Shown: positions 27,158 through 37,337 of the stretch, in pieces
How positions within the stretch are numbered: the first letter of the stretch is position 1
How the letters are laid out: every line of letters begins with the position of its first letter
Source of the DNA: a virus
Taxonomy: Duplodnaviria > Caudoviricetes
IMG/VR virus record: IMGVR_UViG_3300032212_000025
Span: 1 to 46,608 of that record
DNA: 46,608 nt
Direction: 5' to 3' (one strand)
The notes under the pieces: model-generated
Database searches by the model: none
Seen by the model: only the letters and a program-made list of their open reading frames with translations
What the model was told of the DNA's origin: nothing
Position numbers and translations under genes: made by a program

Positions 27158-27619
27158 TCAGACCCTCTCAAGAGTAAATTTATGGAATAATGCATTATCA
27201 CACCCATAAGGTAAAGGTTCGTCAAGAGTGAACCCTATCCATTTCAGCCACTTAATGCTGACTTTGTTCTCAGCATGTACATAATTAAACAATTTAGGGC
27301 AGATAGTCAACATTTCATCAATGGCATCAGGTACTTGCGTGAGAAAATGACGTTTATATTTCAATGCAGTTTCAGTACCTAATAACCACGGTGAACCAGT
27401 TCCTGACAATATATCATGAATCACCAGTCCAATCATCACACAAGGCTCATCGTTCACTGTTACAATCACTGACCGATCTGATATCTTCCAGCTTTTCATC
27501 AATGCTTCAATAGGTGAATGATGATGTGAAGCCCACACTTCATCAACATCAGCTTGACGCATATCAGCAGCAATCACTTCAATAAGTTCCCGGGTTGGTC
27601 TGATGAATTTAACTTCCAC
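27158..27619 (-). CDS. T7 gp13-like GNAT-fold virion-associated protein
   Basis: MRQADVDEV, PWLLGT, LFNYVHAENKVSIKWLKWIGF; the likely GTG start at 27619 overlaps the upstream stop. Confidence 0.78.
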   Translation of the reverse strand: MEVKFIRPTRELIEVIAADMRQADVDEVWASHHHSPIEALMKSWKISDRSVIVTVNDEPCVMIGLVIHDILSGTGSPWLLGTETALKYKRHFLTQVPDAIDEMLTICPKLFNYVHAENKVSIKWLKWIGFTLDEPLPYGCDNALFHKFTLERV

Positions 27620-30149
27620 CGAGGTCAACCGTTGGGATAACTGACAGTATAGCCATTGGTAAAGGTGACCGTTGTTCAATACGAACACCGCCACTCTTAC
27701 CCCATAAAGGATCAATAGACACTTCCTGCTTGTATGTTTTCAATGCGATAGCATCATAATCATCTGCATCAAATCGTGGTTTGATTTCTTGGAATGTTAC
27801 AGGTTGATCACTTGTAGGATCTTGACGTGGACCAACAAACCCACCACGTGTACCTTCAACTTCAATATGTACCTTAGATACTGACACTGATTTAGCTTTT
27901 ACAGATTGATCATTCGATGCTGTATCAATACCAAGTAATTCAATAGCAGGTGTATAAGGTAAACCGATATGTACCTTTGACGCTTCACGAGTTAATGTGA
28001 TTGAACCTGATGCTACGGTTTGATTCTCTGTCACATATCCATCAGTTAATATTGCAACTTCTTTACCTTCGAGATGATCCAACCCGCTGAAAACAGTAGC
28101 CGGTGAACCGTTGTAAGATAAACCTGAATCAACATAGAACGCATCCTCAGCATTGATACTTTCACGCGCTTCAAGACGTTCAATATATCTTTTAATCTGA
28201 CCATTGATTGTCCGTTTAACAATCACATAAACTGCGTCACGACCTTCTTCATTAATTGTCGTGATTGATTCAAACTCACCATCAGTATTATGCTGGTGCC
28301 ACCCCCAGACCTGATGCTCACGCAAATAAGTAAGCCCTAACAACACACCATCATCACGAACACACCATAAAATACCATAAGGTTCATCTGCATAAGTCAT
28401 CTCGATAATTTGATGACCTTCGAATAAATGTTCAGACATTATTGATAGATCATTACCTGTGTATTTATCACTGCTGAATTCATAACCTAAATCACGAATA
28501 CGCGCGCCTTTTGACTGTAGGTATAATGCTGTGCTGTTGATAACGACCGGTTTGACCCATGATGCACCATTGTAAGATTGAGGTCGTACACCGATAGTCG
28601 ATGGTGTAAGTACTCGGTCTTGACCTTCACTAACAAGCCACTCACCACCAGATGTCAACAATACCAATGAATCAAGTGATATCAAATGTCTGATCTCATT
28701 CACCTGCTGTGCTGCGATAGTGAATGTTACAGCATCAGAATCACGTGCCGGGTTCGATACACGTAGTGAATTAAAATTATTAACTTGAGTAGTATATGTT
28801 GCTTGCAGTTCGTTATTCGTATTAGCAAACACCTGTCGTTGCTGATAATAAGTAACAACAGCAGGTTTATTATCAGCACCATTGAAAGGTTGCCTGTCTT
28901 CAGGTGGTGCATCAGTGATAATAGGTGCGATATTGTAATCATCAAAAGTGTTATTATTACTATCACCGATCCAACCGTAAACCTGCGTGTTATTCGACGG
29001 ATCTTTATAAATACGATAATAAGCAGCACCTGCAACTGCATCCCATGTAATCCGAACACCACCAGTCACTGATAATGATTTAGTAATAACAGAAGCTGAT
29101 ACTGATGCTAATGATTCAATACCCGATTCATTAACCGCTGTGACAACGTAAGTGTAAGTTTTTTCAAAGTCACCGAAACCACTACCTACTGTCACAGCTG
29201 CTGTCTGCCTGGTAGCTGTACCACCTGAAGAATAAGCAGTGTGTGTAGTGGAATCCTCACCATCGAGTTCAAAAGTGGTGGAAGTTAAAACAGTAATTCT
29301 GAATGATCTACCATTTACTTCAGTCATCCCTACAACACCAGCGATGTCAATGACATTACCTGTTACAAACCCATGTGCTGCTGATGTGGTAACTACAGCA
29401 GGGTTCGCCTGTGTGATGCCCGTTATAGTTTCAATATCCGGGCTTGCGAATGTAGGTGCAGTGACTGTTGATGCGTAGTTAATTGTAGTCAAGGTCCAGT
29501 GACCATCGAATAAACGATTAAGATTACTAGGGTCATGACTCGGATGAACAAGAGTTAAAACATCAGCAGACTGAGTGTATCCGAGTCTGGGTAATTGTGC
29601 TTCAGTGTAAGGGGTAGTCAATTCGAAAATAGTACCACCTTGAGCCACACCACCTGATACATACGCAGTGTATGCTGTGCTATCAGTTCCAGATAATTCA
29701 AATGTAGTATCAGTTCTATTCGCAACAGTATAAGTGTTACCGTTGAGTTCAGTCATACCTACTACACCGGTGATAGTAACAGTTTCACCGTTAATGAAAG
29801 TATTATCAGCTGTGACTACAGCAGGGTTTGCTTGTGTAACACCGGTGATTGACGATGATTTAAGTAAATAACCACCATCTTTCATGACTCTCATCTTGAG
29901 ATCTTCAAAAACTAAAATGTAAGTTTGTTCGGTGCTAAAGCTAAATGGTATTAATCGACCAACTTTAGACGAGTCATCTAATTCACCACGGAAACTAAAC
30001 CCAGGGCGTGAATAAACCCCACCTTGAGCACGCACAAAAAAGTTTTCACAGAGGTTAAGACCAGTAGCATATTTAGTCAGATCGGCACGAGATTGTAACG
30101 CTGGCGCAATCTCACCGGATGTAAAACTGCGTTGAATGGTTTGCGGCAC
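27609..30149 (-). CDS. Tail tubular protein B / nozzle with two inserted FCCH-like domains
   Basis: QRSFTSGEIAP, LIPFSFS, YTQSADV, YYQQRQVF, WGWHQH, HLEGKEV motifs. Confidence 0.88.
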   Translation of the reverse strand: MPQTIQRSFTSGEIAPALQSRADLTKYATGLNLCENFFVRAQGGVYSRPGFSFRGELDDSSKVGRLIPFSFSTEQTYILVFEDLKMRVMKDGGYLLKSSSITGVTQANPAVVTADNTFINGETVTITGVVGMTELNGNTYTVANRTDTTFELSGTDSTAYTAYVSGGVAQGGTIFELTTPYTEAQLPRLGYTQSADVLTLVHPSHDPSNLNRLFDGHWTLTTINYASTVTAPTFASPDIETITGITQANPAVVTTSAAHGFVTGNVIDIAGVVGMTEVNGRSFRITVLTSTTFELDGEDSTTHTAYSSGGTATRQTAAVTVGSGFGDFEKTYTYVVTAVNESGIESLASVSASVITKSLSVTGGVRITWDAVAGAAYYRIYKDPSNNTQVYGWIGDSNNNTFDDYNIAPIITDAPPEDRQPFNGADNKPAVVTYYQQRQVFANTNNELQATYTTQVNNFNSLRVSNPARDSDAVTFTIAAQQVNEIRHLISLDSLVLLTSGGEWLVSEGQDRVLTPSTIGVRPQSYNGASWVKPVVINSTALYLQSKGARIRDLGYEFSSDKYTGNDLSIMSEHLFEGHQIIEMTYADEPYGILWCVRDDGVLLGLTYLREHQVWGWHQHNTDGEFESITTINEEGRDAVYVIVKRTINGQIKRYIERLEARESINAEDAFYVDSGLSYNGSPATVFSGLDHLEGKEVAILTDGYVTENQTVASGSITLTREASKVHIGLPYTPAIELLGIDTASNDQSVKAKSVSVSKVHIEVEGTRGGFVGPRQDPTSDQPVTFQEIKPRFDADDYDAIALKTYKQEVSIDPLWGKSGGVRIEQRSPLPMAILSVIPTVDLGGS

Positions 30150-30152
30150 TGA

Positions 30153-30809
30153 TTATCTCCTGGTGGTTTCAAACTCACTTAATGCAGGTGTGTCATATTG
30201 TTCATTCAGATCACTTGCTATAGCTGCATCTAAATATTGTTTATACAATTGTAATGAATCACTGCGTAATTGACGACCGGTTTCAGCACCGACTATAGGT
30301 ACAGCTAATACAGAAGACAATAAGTATGAAAACGCCATATTAAAATCATCAGTGAATAAATTAGGATCAGTTATCTTTGCGGCATAATCAATGCGTAATT
30401 CAGCTTCATTTGCACCGATAGTTTTATTATTTGAAAAATTAAACACTTCATAAGGGATCTGACTTCTCAAATCTTTTAACGGTAACAACTGACTGTCAAG
30501 TAATCTTGATACTACATCGGCGTCAGCATTTGCTAACTCTTCATGTGCACCAACTAATCGATTGATCTTTAAACAATCAGTAGGATACTGATACGCATAA
30601 GCCCAGTTGAATATTTCAGTAGTTAATACTGATAGTGCCCGGATTTTATGATTAAATCCCCACGCTGATTCAGTGAGCATCCTGTCACGTATGATCGGGT
30701 ACCAAAGCTTACATTGTTGAGCTGGTAAACTATTTTCAGTCAATGAATTAATACTACCAGCGCGAATGTGAGACAATGCCATATTGCATGTTTCAACTTC
30801 AGAAGCCAT
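30153..30809 (-). CDS. Tail tubular protein A / adaptor
   Basis: CNMALSHI, WGFN, YAYQYPTDCL motifs; synteny. Confidence 0.85.
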   Translation of the reverse strand: MASEVETCNMALSHIRAGSINSLTENSLPAQQCKLWYPIIRDRMLTESAWGFNHKIRALSVLTTEIFNWAYAYQYPTDCLKINRLVGAHEELANADADVVSRLLDSQLLPLKDLRSQIPYEVFNFSNNKTIGANEAELRIDYAAKITDPNLFTDDFNMAFSYLLSSVLAVPIVGAETGRQLRSDSLQLYKQYLDAAIASDLNEQYDTPALSEFETTRR

Positions 30810-30811
30810 GA

Positions 30812-31114
30812 TTATTCACCATAAAGTTGTTTAACGGCATCATCATTTTCACGTTCAACTTTCATAGAAGTCATCTGTAAACGAATTGATTTACTAGAAC
30901 TTTCTTTATCGCTGTGTTCAGATTTACTGTCAACAAACGCATAACCGCGTATCTCAACAACATCACCGACAGCAAGATTACCAGTATTCAATTCATCAAC
31001 CAGATCATCATCAAGGCTGATAGCGGTACCCCAGGGGTAATGATTATCATCAGAGCAACAGGTCACACCCATTGATGAAGACTCTTTTTTGATTTTCACT
31101 TGATCTTCAGGCAT
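30812..31114 (-). CDS. Capsid staple-like protein
   Basis: YPWGTAISLD...VGD...IRLQMT pattern typical of this gene in epsilon15/BPP-1-like phages. Confidence 0.6.
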   Translation of the reverse strand: MPEDQVKIKKESSSMGVTCCSDDNHYPWGTAISLDDDLVDELNTGNLAVGDVVEIRGYAFVDSKSEHSDKESSSKSIRLQMTSMKVERENDDAVKQLYGE

Positions 31115-31125
31115 GACTTATTACC

Positions 31126-31443
31126 TCAAAGTGTTTCGACGTTACTGTTACCTGCAGTTTCACCGATGAATGATGCTTCTTGAGCATCACCTTCAGTCGA
31201 AGCTAAAGCGACTTGTTCTTCCGTACTCTGTTCATCAGCGTCTTTTTGAGATGATTTCTGAGCTTCACGCTTTTTACGAACAGCTTCAGACTCTTTCGGC
31301 ATTTCAGTCAACCATGAAGGTAAAGGGTTTTTCCCTTTCTTTTTTGTAAACGGTTTGTCAGTTGTTAAAGTCTTACGCTTACCTTCAGGATCATATAATT
31401 TACCGTCATAAAACCCCGGTGCAATTACTTTGTATGTTGGCAT
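31126..31443 (-). CDS. Hypothetical virion-module protein (MPTYKVIAPGFYDG...)
   Basis: GGAG ribosome-binding site before ATG 31443; conserved position after the cement protein. Confidence 0.7.
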   Translation of the reverse strand: MPTYKVIAPGFYDGKLYDPEGKRKTLTTDKPFTKKKGKNPLPSWLTEMPKESEAVRKKREAQKSSQKDADEQSTEEQVALASTEGDAQEASFIGETAGNSNVETL

Positions 31444-31472
31444 TTTAAAATACTCCAAAATTAAGAAATTAG

Positions 31473-31495
31473 AAAAAGGGGCTGTGAAGCCCCTT
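31473..31495 (-). terminator. Rho-independent terminator after the capsid genes
   Basis: Minus strand AAGGGGC-TTCACA-GCCCCTTTTT. Confidence 0.75.
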
Positions 31496-31500
31496 AATCA

Positions 31501-31932
31501 TTAAGCACCAGTCGTATTAGTCTGGACACCCATAACAATACCAGCAGTAACTTTACCTGCTGTCGGTGCAGTACCGACAACCACGTATTCAATACCAAGG
31601 TATCGTTCAGTGATGTCATCAGGTAACACGTTAAATGAAGTCTGCTTACCTGCAACCAGATCAGCTAAAGCAATGGTCTGACTAAGGATAGTCGTACCTA
31701 AAGCAGTAGTTGCACCGGTTGATACTTTGATTTCCAAAGTAGTCAGGTTGTCGAAGTCTTCAGTAACTTGTACTAAAAGTGGAATTTTAGCACCTTTACC
31801 GACATCATCATTCAATGCAGCTGCAGCACCATACGGTGTACCAGCTACGCCAAGATCGATGACGTTAGTTGAGTCAGCAGAAGCTGTAATCGCCTGGTCA
31901 TCAGAGAAGAGTTGTTGAGCTGAAAAAATCAT
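31501..31932 (-). CDS. Bbp16-like capsid cement/decoration protein
   Basis: LFSDDQAITA...STNVIDLG, VQVTEDF, RYLGIEY...TAGKVTAGIV; directly follows the major capsid gene. Confidence 0.82.
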   Translation of the reverse strand: MIFSAQQLFSDDQAITASADSTNVIDLGVAGTPYGAAAALNDDVGKGAKIPLLVQVTEDFDNLTTLEIKVSTGATTALGTTILSQTIALADLVAGKQTSFNVLPDDITERYLGIEYVVVGTAPTAGKVTAGIVMGVQTNTTGA

Positions 31933-31996
31933 TTTATTGATCTCCCAAATTATTAAAATTAGCCGGGTGTTACCCCGGCAACTGATGAACCAAACT

Positions 31997-32995
31997 TTAG
32001 CTAACTACAGCTTCAGCGTTGATGATAGCATCTGTTTCACGAATAGGAATGCCGCGATAAGTCATTACTTCCTTACCTTCGATTTCCATAGGCTTCAGAC
32101 GTACAAAGTTATCACTGGCGCCTGCATTTGTAGCTAAAGCATCAAGTGCTTCAAGTACATCACGGTTGCAGTAGATACAGATCTTACCACCGGCTACACG
32201 ACGATTCTGAAGCTTGTAATATGCTTTACGCATGAAGTCATACAGAGCCACTGAACCAGCTTGCATCAATGATACATCGATGTTCGCAATACGTGCCACA
32301 TAACGCCAGTCTTTAACAGCAAGACCGATATGCCATGTGAATTTCTCTTCCATTGCATAATAAGCATCACCTGAACCGTCAGTAATACGTTGTTTACCCA
32401 TATCTTCACGCTGGACACCAGCTTGAGTACCTTTTGGATAAAGCAGGTTACACTGATTATCACCCCAGGTAACAAACCAGATTGATGTGTTGTCAGCACC
32501 CACACCACCGGCATCGATAATCTGATTACCATTAGCAGCAGTCGTGCTGTTAAAGCGTGGCGCAAGACCCATGAATTCTTCAGGATCTGATGCAGAGTTA
32601 CCATAAATTAATTTGGTAGCAACTTCATTTGACATTGCTTCCAGATACGCCTGTGCTTCCGATAAACGTACAGCACCTTCATTAGTGGAAAGATCCAGCA
32701 GACGTTTGTCAATGGTACTCAGACCTTCAACAAAACCAGTGGTGTCTTCTACCTGTGCGGTTTTACCTTTACTGTTTGGGATACCCTGGTAGAGTTTACC
32801 CCATGTGACGCTCGGTAGACCTGAACGCACAGTGTGTAAATGAGTTGTACCCTTATTACACTCGACTGCAATTGCATCATCAAGCATAGGGTTCATTTCC
32901 ATCAGCATTTCAATAATCGGTACAAATTGACCGCGACCGTCCTGCTGCTTATAAACGTCGATTAGATCGACAAAACTAGCTCCTAAAGTAGCCAT
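31997..32995 (-). CDS. Major capsid protein (BPP-1/epsilon15-like, HK97 fold)
   Basis: RSGLP, EFMGLAPRF, TSIWFVTWG, GLAVKDWRYVARIANID, YRGIPIRETDAI motifs. Confidence 0.92.
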   Translation of the reverse strand: MATLGASFVDLIDVYKQQDGRGQFVPIIEMLMEMNPMLDDAIAVECNKGTTHLHTVRSGLPSVTWGKLYQGIPNSKGKTAQVEDTTGFVEGLSTIDKRLLDLSTNEGAVRLSEAQAYLEAMSNEVATKLIYGNSASDPEEFMGLAPRFNSTTAANGNQIIDAGGVGADNTSIWFVTWGDNQCNLLYPKGTQAGVQREDMGKQRITDGSGDAYYAMEEKFTWHIGLAVKDWRYVARIANIDVSLMQAGSVALYDFMRKAYYKLQNRRVAGGKICIYCNRDVLEALDALATNAGASDNFVRLKPMEIEGKEVMTYRGIPIRETDAIINAEAVVS

Positions 32996-33009
32996 TGTGA
33001 TATACCTCG

Positions 33010-33699
33010 TTAAGTTTCTTGATTACCGTAAAGTATCGACACTCGGTCTTCAGCTTTAGAAGTTGCACCACCGGTTGAACCGGGTACATCTTCCTTCAGT
33101 GTGCGACCAACTCGAACCATAAACCGAACAACTTCTGGATGGTTACCCACACCATGATCATTCAGTAGCTGTTGCAATTCTGGTGTACCGTACTTAGTAA
33201 TAGCATTTCGTGCGATTTTGACATTTTCATCGAACTTGTCTCCACCGAACTCACCGTCATTTTCAGATTGAGTACGCCAGTCTTTAAGCAGCTGGTTGAA
33301 GTCATCGACTTGCTTCTGCGAACTCGCCTGGACCTGTTTTGCAGCGATATCCATGAGCTTTTGAGCTTGTTCCTGAGTAGCACCCATCTCTTTAAAAATA
33401 GGAGTTGCTTCAGCAGTTAAAGCTTCATCAAGCGTCACACCTTCGGGCATAACAAAGTCGGCATAAGTGTCGGGAGGCGTATCACTACCTTCTGTACCAG
33501 CATCTGCATCACCGTCAGCAATGGGATTACCATCAGCATCAAGGTTTGCATTATCATCAGTAGACGCAGAAGCATCTCCATCAGAATTTGTATCGGCACC
33601 ACCGGTTTCAGTGGAACCTTCATCACCGGTTAATACTGTTTCAGTAGCACCGGTATCATTTGTTTCTGTCTCAACGCCAGTTGTTGCTTCGTCACCCAT
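33010..33699 (-). CDS. Capsid scaffolding/assembly protein
   Basis: Acidic N-terminus, YADFVMPEG, TQEQAQKL, GVGNHPEVVR motifs; upstream of the major capsid gene. Confidence 0.8.
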   Translation of the reverse strand: MGDEATTGVETETNDTGATETVLTGDEGSTETGGADTNSDGDASASTDDNANLDADGNPIADGDADAGTEGSDTPPDTYADFVMPEGVTLDEALTAEATPIFKEMGATQEQAQKLMDIAAKQVQASSQKQVDDFNQLLKDWRTQSENDGEFGGDKFDENVKIARNAITKYGTPELQQLLNDHGVGNHPEVVRFMVRVGRTLKEDVPGSTGGATSKAEDRVSILYGNQET

Positions 33700-33985
33700 C
33701 GATGTTCTCCTTAATCATTTTCATATAATCAGCAGGAGCTGCTTCTTTAATTTTACGCTGAAGTGTCAACCCTGCATCTCTCATGCCAGAATTATAATGT
33801 GTTTCCAGCGAATCTGTACCAGTAATACTCTCAAAAACACCACATGATTGCAAATGACCCCATATAAAATCACGTTGAGGTTCGGTTCTCATGATATTTT
33901 GAATAGCAAGAACCTCTGAATCATGTTTCTTATTATCATTAACCTGATCATCTTGATCAAGATCGTCATCTAAATTATCACTCAT
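33692..33985 (-). CDS. Bbp19-like small protein
   Basis: RDFIW..L..CGVF, YNSGMRDAGL; lies between portal and scaffold. Confidence 0.7.
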   Translation of the reverse strand: MSDNLDDDLDQDDQVNDNKKHDSEVLAIQNIMRTEPQRDFIWGHLQSCGVFESITGTDSLETHYNSGMRDAGLTLQRKIKEAAPADYMKMIKENIDG

Positions 33986-35664
33986 GATGGTAACCCACCT
34001 GCGTTCTCAATAGTCGCAGCAAGCGCGTTATCACCGGTGACATCAGTTTCTGATGCGGTCTTAGCCATGTTAGCCACCTGCTGACCTTGCTCCATCATTG
34101 CCATACGCTGTTGCATTTGCGCCTCAGCCGCTGATGCTGCACGAGCATCTGAGTCACTATTAACCATAGCCGGGTCATTACCCAGTGCTTCAGCGTAGTC
34201 ATCAATTGATTGCATGATGTCGATCTTATGACGTGCTTCAGGCCAAATTTGAGCAACTTCAGCAACATAACCAGTTAAACGATCAATAGCACCGGTATTA
34301 ACTAACCGTTGTGCTTGAGCTAATACTGACACATATTCAATACTTAATTCTTTGTTCTGTAATTCTGGTGGTGGTAACGGTAGCACACCATTTCTCTGTA
34401 AAATGTTGAAAGTACGATCAATCAATGGGTCCAGTAATTCAGTGTGCAGACGTTCAAGAACAGGACCTAACATTAATAATTTCTCTTCATGCTTCTCAGC
34501 CACTTCACGTGCTGTGATTTGACGACGATCAGTATTAGCCAACATCAAAAACAGATCTTCATAGAACGCACGTTGTATACGACCTTCTACATTTATTATC
34601 TCTTCTTTAATCTGACCAATTTCAGGTCGGTAGTTTTCGTAAACACTTCTTAACCCACCATTGTTAGCATTCTCATGCCATACAATTTCATTAGGTCCGA
34701 GTTGATTACCTTTCATTTTATTCTTTAGTGCAGCCGGACCCTGCAACGGTGGACTGACTAATTTATCAATGGCTTGATATTTACGACGTTCAGCCAGTTG
34801 TAATGCTTTCGTATCACCGAGAGATGTGATTCCAGGACAATCAGTTGCATAAACATCTTCCCCGGTGACATCCCAGCGTGGTGACAGAATAGGGAATTCA
34901 TCAAAACCTGATTCACGTAAGAATTTATCAGTGTCATCTTTATTACCGCGATCAGCTTCATAATAAACAGATCTAAATTTTTTATCTTTAGCCGCTGGAC
35001 TGGTGTTATCGCGATCATCATTTGGTTCAATAACATGAACAATTTTCACCCATGCTTCAGAGTTACCATTATCCCATTGTCTTTTTACCGATTCACTGAC
35101 ATTCTTAATGCCGAACTGCTTAACAACTTGAGCGACACTGAGTTCATATTCCCGGTACATAGTGTCACTGACATTCTGACCGTCCATACCCAGCATATAA
35201 CTACCGATAGTGTAAGGTTTACACCAGATAATATTTTCAAAATTATGGAACACACCCATCGATGCTGTACCGAAAACACCTAATTCAGAATACAACTGAT
35301 GCAGGGAATTGTAAGTATTTGATGAAGAAAACACTTTGTACATGATTGTTTGAACTTCATGCAGCCATAGTTTCACATTGTTGACATCATCCAGTTGTTT
35401 ATCACCGGTCCCTAATCTGAACCAAGGTCGTGCGGGTGATGTAATACCTGACATCATGCCTGACGCTAATGTTCTTGCTGACATTCGGCTAGTGTTATTA
35501 ATCTGCTTCGTGTTACGTTTGAAACCTTTATTACGATCTGACGATAAGAATCGACCCCGATGTGCCAGGTGATAATCTGACAGTTCACGCCATAATGGAA
35601 AAAACGAGGATCGTTCAGATCGTAATGCTTCAAGTCGTTTGTTATAACTTTTAATAGTTGGCAT
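33982..35664 (-). CDS. Portal / head-to-tail connector
   Basis: LASGMMSGITSPARPWF, PRW...VYA..CPG, ITAREVAEKHEEKLLMLGPVLERL motifs. Confidence 0.93.
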   Translation of the reverse strand: MPTIKSYNKRLEALRSERSSFFPLWRELSDYHLAHRGRFLSSDRNKGFKRNTKQINNTSRMSARTLASGMMSGITSPARPWFRLGTGDKQLDDVNNVKLWLHEVQTIMYKVFSSSNTYNSLHQLYSELGVFGTASMGVFHNFENIIWCKPYTIGSYMLGMDGQNVSDTMYREYELSVAQVVKQFGIKNVSESVKRQWDNGNSEAWVKIVHVIEPNDDRDNTSPAAKDKKFRSVYYEADRGNKDDTDKFLRESGFDEFPILSPRWDVTGEDVYATDCPGITSLGDTKALQLAERRKYQAIDKLVSPPLQGPAALKNKMKGNQLGPNEIVWHENANNGGLRSVYENYRPEIGQIKEEIINVEGRIQRAFYEDLFLMLANTDRRQITAREVAEKHEEKLLMLGPVLERLHTELLDPLIDRTFNILQRNGVLPLPPPELQNKELSIEYVSVLAQAQRLVNTGAIDRLTGYVAEVAQIWPEARHKIDIMQSIDDYAEALGNDPAMVNSDSDARAASAAEAQMQQRMAMMEQGQQVANMAKTASETDVTGDNALAATIENAGGLPS

Positions 35665-37080
35665 TTATATTTCCTCACCCCATTCAATATTTACATCAGT
35701 CTCAACGCCTACGCCTGTTTCACACACTATCACAATGTAATCACCATGGATCCCGAAAAAATCAATCGATTCACTAGATGGGTTTGTTTTTTCTAAACTT
35801 GTACCTGCGGGGATTTTAAAAGCAGAAAACTCTTCCATTAATCCGGTGTTGATAGCGGTCATTGTTGAATTACCTTCAACAAAACTACCTGTTTTAACCT
35901 GCGGCCATGCGCCACCAGTAACAGCAGCAGGATCACGTGTCTGATATGCTTTATAATTTGCTTTCTTATCGGCACCGATTGTAATTCTAACAAGTCGTAA
36001 ATCACGTGTATTAATCTTACCATTCGGAGCTAATGTAGGGTTTCTTACCGCGATCACAGCATCACCTGCATTAACTGTTTTAGTTATTGATGCCTCACCA
36101 TACTGTTCACGATCAATATGACCACCTTCTGAAGTTAAATCAACACAACCACACCACATGCTGACTTCTTGTGTAATGTTCTTTGCATGGAATGCTAAAC
36201 TTAATGCTGGGTTTCTTACTGATAACTGTTCGTCTAATGTGTTTAAAAATTCTATGGTGTGAACCAATTGCAATAATCCTGTAGATGAGTTACCTACATA
36301 AAATTTAATATTACCAACACCACGCCATTGCATCTGTATATCGTAAATATTCCCTTTTGTAATATCGATGTCAAAAGGGAATACGATTTGCTCTGTATGA
36401 GTTTCTACACCGTTATTCATGATACATGCGTATAACTCACCATCACCGATTGTTTTAAAATAGACACCATTCTCACTATCAACGATCAATCCGGCTTTTA
36501 GTATACCGTCTAAATTTGCACCTTTAAACCCAAGTGAAGCAGCATATTTCAAACCTCTATTGGGCTGATAACGCGGGTGCCTTCGACTTTCAACCCAGCA
36601 GCTGTCATTTACTGAAGCACCTGATGTTATATTCAAATAACCATTTACTGAGGTGCCCCTAGTTGATGTACTATTAGGTACTTCCACTTCATCTTCATAA
36701 ATTAACCACATCGACGGTGGGACATCAAAAGTAAACATGCCATGGAACAAACTAAAATCATGTGTGACTTTTTGTGCACCCCAGGCATCAGTTGTTAAAT
36801 CACCTAAACCTGCAACAACTGGGAAAGGTTCAGTTTCACTAACAATCAATGATGATTTATCAGTAATCGCTAAAGCCCATACATTCGTATCGATTGAATT
36901 CAAATGAAGCGGTGCATCATCACCACTTAAAATATGGAATACTGTGTTACTTTTCGCAGGTTTCAGTTCACTCAGTGTAATACGTACTTCATCACGATGT
37001 GCTTGTAATACCATCGGGTTGAACGCACTGTTAACCTGCACATATTGAGTCGTATCAAGATTAACTGAAACAGTCGGCAT
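35665..37080 (-). CDS. Hypothetical beta-rich, probably structural protein (471 aa)
   Basis: Long ORF abutting the portal gene; RYQPNRG and QWRGVG motifs, which I associate with uncharacterised phage beta-sandwich proteins. Confidence 0.7.
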   Translation of the reverse strand: MPTVSVNLDTTQYVQVNSAFNPMVLQAHRDEVRITLSELKPAKSNTVFHILSGDDAPLHLNSIDTNVWALAITDKSSLIVSETEPFPVVAGLGDLTTDAWGAQKVTHDFSLFHGMFTFDVPPSMWLIYEDEVEVPNSTSTRGTSVNGYLNITSGASVNDSCWVESRRHPRYQPNRGLKYAASLGFKGANLDGILKAGLIVDSENGVYFKTIGDGELYACIMNNGVETHTEQIVFPFDIDITKGNIYDIQMQWRGVGNIKFYVGNSSTGLLQLVHTIEFLNTLDEQLSVRNPALSLAFHAKNITQEVSMWCGCVDLTSEGGHIDREQYGEASITKTVNAGDAVIAVRNPTLAPNGKINTRDLRLVRITIGADKKANYKAYQTRDPAAVTGGAWPQVKTGSFVEGNSTMTAINTGLMEEFSAFKIPAGTSLEKTNPSSESIDFFGIHGDYIVIVCETGVGVETDVNIEWGEEI

Positions 37081-37081
37081 G

Positions 37082-37294
37082 TTACTGACCTAACAGTGTT
37101 GCTTGTGTCGTTGCACCACCATTCTGTACACCACGTGCACCTGTCAATATCGTACTGCGTTCTGTACCACCTGCTGCTGCACGTCGTCGTCTGACATCAG
37201 CACCCGCTTGATCAACTCCCGATACCGCAGGTGCGACTGGTGCTTCTGGTGCGACTGGTGGTGGTGTTGGTGCCGATGGGGTTCCTCCACACAT
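37082..37294 (-). CDS. Small virion-assembly protein (MCGG...TLLGQ type)
   Basis: MCG start, STILTG and TLLG end, typical of the small gene upstream of podovirus portals. Confidence 0.75.
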   Translation of the reverse strand: MCGGTPSAPTPPPVAPEAPVAPAVSGVDQAGADVRRRRAAAGGTERSTILTGARGVQNGGATTQATLLGQ

Positions 37295-37337
37295 GACAAT
37301 ATCCTCTTTCAGTCAAAATTATATTAGTGATAGCATA

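Noticed and set aside
27620-27715. Long overlap of the gp13-like ORF with the nozzle gene
   Set aside because: A GTG at 27619 next to the nozzle stop is the more plausible start; the extension looks like shadow sequence.
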